DNA of 64,000 nucleotides from Eledone cirrhosa (Eukaryota), in assembly GCA_964016885.1 (NCBI GenBank), contig OZ024742.1:155682001-155746000 (forward strand). The letters run 5' to 3'. The notes under the pieces were generated by a model. It saw only the letters and a list, made by a program, of their open reading frames with translations, ran no database searches and was not told the DNA's origin. Made by a program: the position numbers and the translations under genes. Of this stretch, positions 12,701-23,361 are shown piece after piece (positions within the stretch are counted from its first letter, which is position 1; the number at the start of each line of letters is the position of its first letter).

Positions 12701-14291
12701 GCAGGATACAAGTTGGAAAGGGGAGAGCTTACCATCAATCACCTCCTCTTCATGGACGATCTTAAGCTCTTCGGGAAAAGTGAGAAGGAGTTGGATGTGC
12801 TTGTTGACACTGTCCGTATTTTCAGCAGTGATATATGTATGCAGTTTGGTATTGGTAAATGTGGAGTCATTGTGATTAGGAGGGGTAGGTTGAGCAGAAG
12901 TAACGGGATCCAGATACCAACAGGTGAGATGATAAAGGAAATTGACTCTGAGGAAGGATACAAGTATTTGGGCGTTCTGGAGGCTGATGGCATAAAGAAC
13001 AAAAAAATGAAGGAATTGTTAAGAACTGAATACATTCGGAGTGTAAGGAGCGTATTGAAGTCACATCTGAACAGCAGAAATGCCATAAGCGCAGTAAATT
13101 CCCGAGCTGTGTCTATTATTAGGTACAGTGCGGGAATTCTGAGATGGAATGTTGCTGAACAAAAAGAAATGGATAGGAAGACTAGGAAGCTATTGACTAT
13201 CTACAACATGTTCCACAAGAGGAGTGATGTCGATAGACTCTACCTAAGGAGATCTGAGGGTGGAAGAGGTCTTATCAGCATAGAGGACTGTGTTCAGATG
13301 GAGAAAAACAACCTATACAAATACGTGACCTATAGTAAGGAGCCAATGCTCAGAGCTGTACTGAAGGAGGGGACAGTAGGCCAGGGGATGTCCAAGGAGG
13401 AAATAACATCAAGGAGGAAGAGCAGCCTTAAGGGAAAATCCCTTCATAGTACCTTCTTTGAGAAAACTGAATTTAGAGATCCACAGACATGGAACTGGTT
13501 GAGAAGAGGAGACCTCAAAAAGGCTACAGAAGGAATGCTAATGGCTGCGCAGGAGCAGGCCCTCAAAACGAAGTGGTTGAAGCACCATATTTACAAGGAG
13601 GAGGCTAGCCCACTGTGCTGGATCTGTGGAGAGAGAGAGGAGACTGTGGCTCAGTGTAAACACCGAGTGTAAACACCGAGTGTAAACACCTAGCCCAGAC
13701 CCACTATAAGGGCTGGAGACACGATGTGATGGGCAGAGTGATCCACTGGCACCTGTGCAAAGTAAACAATTTACCACATTCTGAGAAATTGTATGAGCAT
13801 AGGCCAGAGGCGGTGATGGAGAATAATCAGGTGAAGGTGCTGTGGGATTTTAGGATACAGACGGACAAAAAACTGGAACACAATAGACCTGACCTGGTGG
13901 TTGTGGACAAAGAAAAAAGATCGTGTCTGATTGTGGATGTGGCCTGCCCGTTCGACACGAGAGTGCAAGAGAAGGAGAGGGAGAAAATTAACCGATACCA
14001 GGACCTAAAGTGGGAGGTGAAAAGGATTTGGAACTGCCATGAAGTCAAAGTGATCCCGATTGTCATAGGTGCACTGGGGACTATCTCCAAAAGTTTCCAG
14101 GGATGGTTAAAGAAAATCGGCCCCTTCACACTTTTTGGAACGCTTCAAAAGGCATGCTTGCTTGGAACAGCAAGAACCCTCCGATACGTCCTGAATATCT
14201 GAGGCTGCAGGTAGTGGCTTGATATTCAATCCAACGGACTTTCCAGTTAACCAACATCAATGACTGAGATTCAAGGAATAACAACAACAAC
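9728..14291 (+). mobile_element. Full-length R4/Dong-like element, family A copy 2 (frameshifted)
   Basis: Starts AGGGAAGAAGACGCACGAGG after (AAT)n; ~1.07-kb 5' UTR; ORF broken near 13,655; tail (AAC)n(AAT)n. Confidence 0.92.
10796..14202 (+). pseudogene. RT-RLE polyprotein disrupted within the CCHC knuckle
   Basis: ORFs 10796..13672 and 13726..14202 together match the 1130-aa ORF; a 13-bp tandem triplication causes the frameshift. Confidence 0.92.
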
Positions 14292-14384
<93 letters not shown>

Positions 14385-14385
14385 C

Positions 14386-17300
14386 AGGGAAGAAGACGCA
14401 CGAGGTGACGGAGGTCATGAAATCGCTCCCGTAAGTTTTGAATTTTTAACATATTTAAACCATTTGTGAAATAACAACTCTTAGTACAAATGCTACGTAA
14501 AGCACCCGGCTTGAGCCCCAAAAAATTCGGACCCAAAATATATTGTTATAAGGCTCAAATATTCAAATATTCAACTTTGTATTGTACACTGTATATCCAA
14601 AAAAGAAAATGGCTATAAATGGAAGAAGAACCCCCCCCCCCCCCCTCCTCCTCTGTATACACTATATAGAACAGCCAAACTCACCAACACCAGAAACTAG
14701 ATACACCACCCACCCTATCACCTGTGTACACTAAACCACCACCGATCACTACGGCCATCATTACAACCATTATCCCATCACCGCCGCCACCACCCCTTCA
14801 CTCCTTCACTGCTGCCACCGCTACAGCACCATCGCTACAGTAATACGGTCACATCACCGCCACCACTGCCTCGGTATCGACATCACCACCACCACTGTCT
14901 CAGTATCGCTACCGCCGCCAGTCTCCCACTTCTTCTTTTAGCTGGCTGCTGCCACCACATTATAGAATCCCTACTGCTAAAAAAGAGGAAGGCATCAAAA
15001 TATATAGATAGACTCAAAAGAAAAAAGAAAAAATAAACAACAAAAGCAGCACAGCAACAACAGTAAAAAACGAGAAAAACAGAGAAAAACAAAAACAAAA
15101 AAAGAAACCCCCAAAACGTAAAGAAAATAAGAATGAAGAGAGAGGCAGGCGGACGGACAGAGAAGAGGGGGGAAAAAGTAAAACTTAAAAAACAAAAACT
15201 AAGTCAGACATTCGAATACTACATTACAATGAAACTTATGCTTATTCATTTTTGGGGCCCTTTCTGCCCGTGTGTTTGTTTGTTTATGTGTGTCCGTATA
15301 CAGCGTGGTGATGATGCCACACAAGGGCCAAGTGGGATGGCGGATCCACAGATGGCTATGTAAACATACATTCGCCAATCCTCGATAAGAGTGTTTAAAT
15401 ATCGAACATAAACAGTTCGAATAACGGTGAAATGGAGACTAGAACGTCATGTGACAGACTCTCACCCAACAGGTGCCCCCTGGCTCAGCAGCAGGAACCT
15501 GACTGTCAACGAAATACTGCTGATGTTGGAGGAAGAAGAAGAAGGAAAGGGGCCAGAACCAACTGGACGAAAGAATTGAATAGAACTGTTATGCAATGCT
15601 ACCTGAAAAGTAACCCCAAGGAGAGGGGCTACAGGAGACGGATGCATAACATCTGGAACGAGATTGGTTTATTTAAATTAGATGAACAAAAATTGGCCGG
15701 GCAGGCTCGGGTAATAAGAACTAATGGGTGGATAAGCGAGCTGGAACTGGAGGAACTGAGCAGAGAGAATGGCTTGGAGATGGCGGGTGTAGTATGCCAG
15801 ACAAGCGAGCCGGCGGGAAATGAAGGTGAGGAGGTCCTGAGAGCGGAGGAACCACCCGAAGCAGACAATGATCTGAATACTGAGATAAATAATACCTGGA
15901 ACAGAGATACGGCCACTGAGGAGATGAATGCTGACGGGCTAGGACAAGATTCGGTTGACATCCTAAATTTAGTGGTAGATGAGTTGAACAATGATAGTGG
16001 GAGACCTATGAACCTAAGATTTGTAGACAGGAAAAAGTTAAAAGAAACAACAGCTAAGGTAAACAAAGTCATCCCATACCTTGAGGCGAGGAGTCTTCAC
16101 CAGTGCAACAATATCCTCAAAGCAACAGCAAATACGGTGAGGAAACTACTTGGTATAAAAGCGAGAGGAAACAACAGACAAGAAAGAGCAGAGCCGTGGT
16201 GGAAGAAGCGACTGAGTGGGCAAATCGGGGAAATGAGAAATGACATAGGAAAGCTTGAGTCACTACTGAATGGGACACTAAAAAACATAGGCACTAAAAA
16301 TAGACTGGAAATAAAATACAAAACTAGGAGTAAAAAGCTAAATATTATCATAGAGGAATTGAAGCAACGCATTGTAGCAAAGAGTGCCAAAATCAGGCGA
16401 TACGAGAACAGAGTCAGTCAGTATAAACAGAACCGCATGTTCGACAACAACCAGAAGATGCTGTTTGGACAGCTTGAGGGGAAAGAAAGAGGCACCGACT
16501 TGATCCCTGGGGCGGAACAAGCTAAAACATTCTGGAGAGGAATATGGGAGCAGGATGTTAGACACAATGCCCAGGCAGGGTGGATTGAGACAGTACAGAG
16601 GGAGATCGGTGAGCAGGCACAGCAACAGACTGATTTGAGTATCACAGTTGAAACTCTTAAGGGGCAAGCCAAAAAACTAACCAACTGGAAATCACCAGGC
16701 CCAGATGGTGTGCAGGGGTATTGGATTAAACATTTAACATCCCTCCACCCGAAGCTGACGGCCATGTTCAATGACTGCTTGGTGTCGGGTGAGGTGCCAG
16801 AGTGGTTGACAAAAGGTACCACAGTTCTGATAATGAAAGACCGAATCAAGGGTAATGATGTTACCAACTATAGACCTATCACATGTCTGCCCGTAATGTG
16901 GAAACTGTTGACGAGCATTGTGTCTGAGGAAATCTACCATCACCTCCACACAAACAACTTGTTGCCGGACGAACAGAAAGGATGCCGAAAGAAGTCACGT
17001 GGTACAAAGGACCAGTTGCTTATTGATAAGATGGTAATGGGGAATTGCAGGAGGAGACACACTGATCTTGCCATGGGATGGATAGACTACAGAAAGGCAT
17101 TTGACATGGTGCCTCATTCCTGGATCACCAAAAGCCTGGAGATCTTCAGGGTGGCAGATAACATCAGAGAGTTGCTGGGCAGGAGTATGGGGTCCTGGGA
17201 GACAGAGTTGACATCAACTGGAGTATCCTTGGGAAGCGTGAAGATCAAGAGAGGTATCTTCCAGGGAGATAGCCTGTCCCCTCTGTTGTTTGTCCTTGCC

Positions 17301-18910
17301 CTGATGCCCTTGACCATTATGCTGCGAAAAGTGAGAGCAGGATACAAGTTGGGAAGGGGAGAGCTTACCATCAATCACCTCCTCTTCATGGACGATCTTA
17401 AGCTCTTCGGGAAAAGTGAGAAGGAGTTGGATGTGCTTGTTGACACTGTCCGTATTTTCAGCAGTGATATATGTATGCAGTTTGGTATTGGTAAATGTGG
17501 AGTCATTGTGATGAGGAGGGGTAGGTTGAGCAGAAGTAACGGGATCCAGATACCAACAGGTGAGATGATAAAGGAAATTGACTCTGAGGAAGGATACAAG
17601 TATTTGGGCGTTCTGGAGGCTGATGGCATAAAGAACAAAAAAATGAAGGAATTGTTAAGAACTGAATACATTCGGAGAGTAAGGAGCGTATTGAAGTCAC
17701 ATCTGAACAGCAGAAATGCCATAAGCGCAGTAAATTCCCGAGCTGTGTCTATTATTAGGTACAGTGCGGGAATTCTGAGATGGAATGTTGCTGAACAAAA
17801 AGAAATGGATAGGAAGACTAGGAAGCTATTGACTATCTACAACATGTTCCACAAGAGGAGTGATGTCGATAGACTCTACCTAAGGAGATCTGAGGGTGGA
17901 AGAGGTCTTATCAGCATAGAGGACTGTGTTCAGATGGAGAAAAACAACCTATACAAATACGTGACCTATAGTAAGGAGCCAATGCTCAGAGCTGTACTGA
18001 AGGAGGGGAGAGTAGGCCAGGGGATACCCAAGGAGGAAATAACATCAAGGAGGAAGAGCAGCCTTAAGGGAAAATCCCTTCATAGTACCTTCTTTGAGAA
18101 AACTGAATTTAGAGATCCACAGACATGGAACTGGTTGAGAAGAGGAGACCTCAAAAAGGCTACAGAAGGAATGCTAATGGCTGCGCAGGAGCAGGCCCTC
18201 AAAACGAAGTGGTTGAAGCACCATATCTACAAGGAGGAGGCTAGCCCACTGTGCAGGATCTGTGGAGAGAGAGAGGAGACTGTGGCTCACATTGTGTCCG
18301 AGTGTAAACACCTAGCCCAGACCCACTATAAGGGCTGGAGACACGATGTGATGGGCAGGGTGATCCACTGGCACCTGTGCAAAGTAAACAATCTACCACA
18401 TTCTGAGAAATGGTATGAGCATAGGCCAGAGGCGGTGATGGAGAACAGTCAGGTGAAGGTGCTGTGGGATTTTAGGATACAGACGGACAAAAAACTGGAA
18501 CACAATAGACCTGACCTGGTGGTTGTGGACAAAGAAAAAAGATCGTGCCTGATTGTGGATGTGGCCTGCCCGTTCGACACGAGAGTGCAAGAGAAGGAGA
18601 GGGAGAAAATTAACCGATACCAGGACCTAAAGTGGGAGGTGAAAAGGATTTGGAACTGCCATGAAGTCAAAGTGATCCCGATTGTCATAGGCGCACTGGG
18701 GACTATCTCCAAAGGTTTCCAGGGATGGTTAAAGAAAATCGGCCCCTTCACGCTTTTTGGAACGCTTCAAAAGGCATGCTTGCTTGGAACGGCAAGAACC
18801 CTCCGATACGTCCTGAATATCTGAGGCTGCAGGTAGTGGCTTGATATTCAATCCAACGGACTTTCCAGTTAACCAACATCAATGACTGAGATTCAAGGAA
18901 TAACAATAAC
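14386..18910 (+). mobile_element. Full-length, apparently intact R4/Dong-like element, family A copy 3
   Basis: Same 5' start as copy 2, one uninterrupted ORF, (AAT)n on both sides. Confidence 0.93.
15432..18824 (+). CDS. R4/Dong-clade single ORF protein: N-terminal domain, RT (FMDD), CCHC zinc knuckle, PD-(D/E)xK restriction-like endonuclease
   Basis: 1130 aa open; WIDYRKAFD, QGDSLSP, FMDD, YKYLG, CRIC/H/C, RHD, WDFRIQTD..NRPD, GALG, LQKACLLGTAR, as in R4/Dong/Rex6-type elements. Confidence 0.93.
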   Translation: METRTSCDRLSPNRCPLAQQQEPDCQRNTADVGGRRRRKGARTNWTKELNRTVMQCYLKSNPKERGYRRRMHNIWNEIGLFKLDEQKLAGQARVIRTNGWISELELEELSRENGLEMAGVVCQTSEPAGNEGEEVLRAEEPPEADNDLNTEINNTWNRDTATEEMNADGLGQDSVDILNLVVDELNNDSGRPMNLRFVDRKKLKETTAKVNKVIPYLEARSLHQCNNILKATANTVRKLLGIKARGNNRQERAEPWWKKRLSGQIGEMRNDIGKLESLLNGTLKNIGTKNRLEIKYKTRSKKLNIIIEELKQRIVAKSAKIRRYENRVSQYKQNRMFDNNQKMLFGQLEGKERGTDLIPGAEQAKTFWRGIWEQDVRHNAQAGWIETVQREIGEQAQQQTDLSITVETLKGQAKKLTNWKSPGPDGVQGYWIKHLTSLHPKLTAMFNDCLVSGEVPEWLTKGTTVLIMKDRIKGNDVTNYRPITCLPVMWKLLTSIVSEEIYHHLHTNNLLPDEQKGCRKKSRGTKDQLLIDKMVMGNCRRRHTDLAMGWIDYRKAFDMVPHSWITKSLEIFRVADNIRELLGRSMGSWETELTSTGVSLGSVKIKRGIFQGDSLSPLLFVLALMPLTIMLRKVRAGYKLGRGELTINHLLFMDDLKLFGKSEKELDVLVDTVRIFSSDICMQFGIGKCGVIVMRRGRLSRSNGIQIPTGEMIKEIDSEEGYKYLGVLEADGIKNKKMKELLRTEYIRRVRSVLKSHLNSRNAISAVNSRAVSIIRYSAGILRWNVAEQKEMDRKTRKLLTIYNMFHKRSDVDRLYLRRSEGGRGLISIEDCVQMEKNNLYKYVTYSKEPMLRAVLKEGRVGQGIPKEEITSRRKSSLKGKSLHSTFFEKTEFRDPQTWNWLRRGDLKKATEGMLMAAQEQALKTKWLKHHIYKEEASPLCRICGEREETVAHIVSECKHLAQTHYKGWRHDVMGRVIHWHLCKVNNLPHSEKWYEHRPEAVMENSQVKVLWDFRIQTDKKLEHNRPDLVVVDKEKRSCLIVDVACPFDTRVQEKEREKINRYQDLKWEVKRIWNCHEVKVIPIVIGALGTISKGFQGWLKKIGPFTLFGTLQKACLLGTARTLRYVLNI

Positions 18911-18946
<36 letters not shown>

Positions 18947-18976
<30 letters not shown>
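18947..18976. repeat. (AAG)n run at the 5' junction of Dong family B
   Basis: (AAT)n switches to (AAG)n and then runs into ACGCACGAGG. Confidence 0.95.
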
Positions 18977-21900
18977 ACGCACGAGGTTGTAGATGGTCAT
19001 GAAATCGCTCCCGTAAGTTTTTGATTTTTAACATATTTAAATCAATTGTGAAATAACAATTCTTAGTACAAATGTTGCATAAACCACCGAGTCAAGTCCC
19101 ATAAAATTTCGGATCCATATTATATTGTTATATCGCTCAAATTTTCAATTTTGTATTATATATTTTGCATTTAAAAAAGAAAATCGTTAGAAATGGAAGA
19201 AAACACCCTCTGTCTACACTATATAGAACAGCCAAATAACAGCAATTTCACCAACACCAGAAACTTGATACACCACCTATCCCATCACACTAAATATAAC
19301 AGCCAGATAACGGCAATTTCACCACCACCACCACCAATCCCAGCATCATAATAATAATTACTATTATTATTGTCTCAAGTTTTTTTTTAAATGTTTAATC
19401 CCAATTTTACGGGAATATGTCAACACAATATATATTAAACATACGCGACACACACTCATATATACTACATATCACAAAACTCAGTAACGTCAAAGCCACC
19501 GCCGCCACCACCCCACCTCATCCATCATTGCTACCACTATCCCATCACCGCCGCCACCACTCCTTCATTGCTACCACCACTATTCCCCTGTTAACTTGAG
19601 AGAGAAAGGGGAAGGTGGCGGTATCACTAGACAAGGGAGAAGCTAGCAAAAGATATAAATAGATTGACTTAGTGACCTGGCCACCGGCCAAACGTCAACA
19701 TCAACAACTATGGCAGTGCTAGCTCACCCCTTCCTCACCAACAATATAAAAATCCCCAGCACCACCACCGACATAGCCAACAACAATAACAGGCAACTTC
19801 AGCAAAAAGTATATTATATTATTGTAATGCACTGGGTGATTGCTGGCCTTGTGCCTGGAGTGGAGACAATTATTAATAATTTCATTCTTAAGCCACGCAA
19901 TGCTCCCATTAAGGAACCACTCATGATAATAACAATTTAAAAAAAACAACAAAAAGAAAACCCCGTGAACAAGAAATACCGGGATGGCGGCCGGCGGAGA
20001 ATAGCCGTGTCTCTAGGGGAGAACGACCCCTCTAGTCTTGGTTGACACTCATTCTAGAAGTGGTAACACGAATGATTACCCCTTGGATAAAACGCGACAA
20101 AATAAAGTAAATGTCTAATGATAAAATCTCATACCGGATCGGCCGTCACCCGGGTAAAAAAGGGCCGCGTCCCTCAGAGAGGAACCAGACTGGGGTCGAA
20201 AAATCAGCTAATGGTTCAAACCTTCCCATCACTTCGGAGCTGGAGACCTCCCATAACCGGAATACTCCTACTGTTGGCCCTCCATGCTCACCACCAAGAA
20301 ATCCAAAGAAAAAGAGAGAAAAATGGTCAAGGGAAGATAAAGAAGTCCTTGAGGCTTTCTACACTGCCATGTACTACCCATCAAATACATCGATTACAGA
20401 ACAGACATATATCAACTGGAAAAAGAAACATCCCGAAAACAGAGGCTATATTGACAGTAACAAACTAGCCAATATACGAAGAAATATTGTAAGAAAAAGT
20501 TACTAACTGATATAGAAATTGATCAGATCAAGCTATTAGCACAAAGTCAGCGAAGGGAAAATGAAACATGTGTCAGTGAAAACGAGGTAAATTGTAACAC
20601 TTCGAATCCCAGGGTTGGGGCGGAATCACTGGCAACAGAACAAATTAAAGAAAGGATCGAAAAAGTGGAGGGAGTGCATGCTCAAGATGAAACTCCAAAT
20701 GAAAATAATGAGATCGTAAATGATAAAGAAATGAATGAGAATGAACTTGCCAACTTGAAGGATGAAGTTATGATCGAATGGATGAAAATGAAAGAATCTG
20801 ACATGGGGAAACGAGACACCCTCCCTAAGATCCAGAACTCCAAACAGAACCAAAAGATAATACACAAGACTAACATAATTCTCAAAAACATTATCATCAC
20901 AAACAAACTAAACATTGCTGATTTAAATCATCTCTATTATGCATCGGCTAAAGTCACCACTCACTTATGTGGAGTGAAGATGAAAAAACAAAGGAATTCA
21001 CACAAGAAATCTACTTGGCAAGACAACATCAATCGCCAAATAAACCTTCTCCGATCTGACATAAACATTTTAACAAACTATAAAGTAGGTGAACATGTTA
21101 AACAAACTAAACTTAGAAAATTGAAAAAAAAGTACAGTATAAAATCAACAAGTGACATAGACATGCTGATAGAAATAATCAAATAATCAAAAAGTGTCGG
21201 CCAAAGCTGCTCGTATAAGGCGCTTTGAAAAACGATCTAGATTCTATAAGGACAATAATATGTTCAAAAACAACCAAAGAAACTTCTACAGAAAAATTGG
21301 TAATTCAACAATAACTGCTAAATCAATACCACCCAAGGAGGAAGTGCAAGAATTCAGGCAAAAGATCTGGGCCGAAGAAAAAGTTCATAACATACATGCC
21401 CCATGGATAGACAGGCAAATGAAAGATACAGCTCACCTTGAGGAACAAATATGGGAAAATATAACAGTTGAACAGTTGCGCTTGGCTCTAAGAAAAACCA
21501 GCAAATGGAAATCCACAGGAAAAGACAAAATACAAAGCTTTTGGATAAATGCCTTCACAGAGTCTCATGAGCTGTTAGCCCAACTCTACAATGAAATAGT
21601 TAAGGAGCCAGAGAAGATACCATCATGGCTAGTTAACGGCATTACATTCCTGCTTCCGAAGAATGATGAGACAAACAATCCCAAAAATTACAGACCGATA
21701 ACTTGCTTGACCACAATGTATAAAATGTTAACATCACTCCTAACTGAATACACATATGACCACCTGATAACAAATGACCTATTTCCCATTGAGAAGAAAG
21801 AGTGTAAACGAGGCTCATATGGCTGTAAGGATCAGCTTCTGGTTAACAAAATGATACTGGAAGATTGTCATAATAGACACAAAAATCTATCGATTGCTTG

Positions 21901-23062
21901 GATAGATTATAAAAAAGCATTCGATAGTTTGCCACACAGTTGGATTGAAAATGTTTAGAGATTTTCAAAATATCCCCCGTTGTCATTCAGTATGAAGACA
22001 TGGAAAACGACACTCCTTTTGAATAGTGAAACAAAATCACTGGTAGCTGGAGAAGTTAATATTAATTGTGGAATTTTTCAGGGTGACTCTTTATCACCGC
22101 TTTTATTCTGCATCGCACTTATACCATTAAGTAAAATGCTCAATGAAACAAAACATGGATATAAAGTATATGACAAAACCATTAATCACTTGTTATACAT
22201 GGATGACCTGAAACTATTTGCAAAAAATGATGAACAATTGCAAGGGCTATTATCCACTGTGGAGCAGTTCAGTGATGACATTAAAATGGAGTTTGGACTA
22301 GACAAATGCGCCAAAGCAACGTTCACCAGAGGAAAGCTGCTGAAGTGTTCAGACATTAATCTTGATCGGGGGAACGTGATAAGAGAACTTGATCAAGAAA
22401 AAACTTACAAATATCTAGGTGTTTGTGAAAGAGACGGAATCAAGCACTCGACAATGAGGGAAAGGATAAGGAAGGAATGTTACCGCAGAGTAAGAGCAAT
22501 CTTAAGAACGGAATTGAATGCAAGGAATAGGATCGATGCCATAAACACGCTTGCCATACCAGTAGTAACCTACAGTTACAATGGCATCAACTGGTCAAGC
22601 ACAGAGATCCGTAGGCTCGATACAAAAATTCGAAAACTCTTAACCATGCACAGAATGCCTCACCCTAAGGCAGATATAGATAGAATATATCTCCCATACT
22701 TGAAAAAGATCACATCTCAATCTTGTGGAACTATAGCATCCAAACAGACCGAAAAATAGATGCAAATAGACCTGATATAATATTGAAGGACTTTAAAAAG
22801 AGGGTATGCCTGCTAATTGATATGTCCGTTCCAATAGACAAGAATGTATCTATAAAAACATTTGAAAAATTGAGCAAGTATAAGGACCTGGAGATAGAAA
22901 TTGGAAAAATGTGGAAATTGAGAACTAAAACAATACCAGTGGTTGTAGGCGCTCTGGGAATGATACCTTTCTTGAACATGGTGGACCTTGTTGTCTCTTG
23001 AGGTCACTGGTTGTGACTTGGTGATAACTCGTATGAACATAAAGCAAGATAAATGCAACTGT
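18949..23062 (+). mobile_element. Decayed R4/Dong-like element, divergent family B
   Basis: ORF fragments 20111-23001 with YRPITCL, WIDYKKAFD, GIFQGDSLSP, YMDD, YKYLG, IQTD..NRPD, VVGALG; CCHC region deleted near 22,695; ends in (TAA)n. Confidence 0.88.
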
Positions 23063-23361
23063 AATAATAATAATAATAATAATGATTTCTTTATTGGCCA
23101 CAAGGGCTGACATCAAGAAAACATCACAGACGGAACAGGACGGTACGATGTGGGTTTTGTGCGTGTAAATATTTTTATTATTTATATAAGAAAAGAAAAG
23201 AGACAAAACATATATATATAAACAATAAAATGAAAATTGAAACAATAAAAAAATAGGGGGGGAAACCTCCGAGGGTTACTCGTGGCGAAAACCACACAAA
23301 AGACCACGGCCACCCTGACTATCAGGGCAAGCGTCCTCTCTCAATGTTTCCATCTCTCAAA

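Noticed and set aside
10826-18751. Recurrent antisense ORFs inside the Dong copies
   Set aside because: They recur only because the copies are nearly identical; no motifs, and no evident counterpart in family B apart from shadows of conserved codons.
7317-18910. Dong A copies as a DNA-level tandem duplication or LTR structure
   Set aside because: Copy 1 is 5'-truncated, spacer lengths and the base before the 5' end differ, and copies 1 and 3 are closer to each other than to the intervening copy 2, which fits independent insertions.
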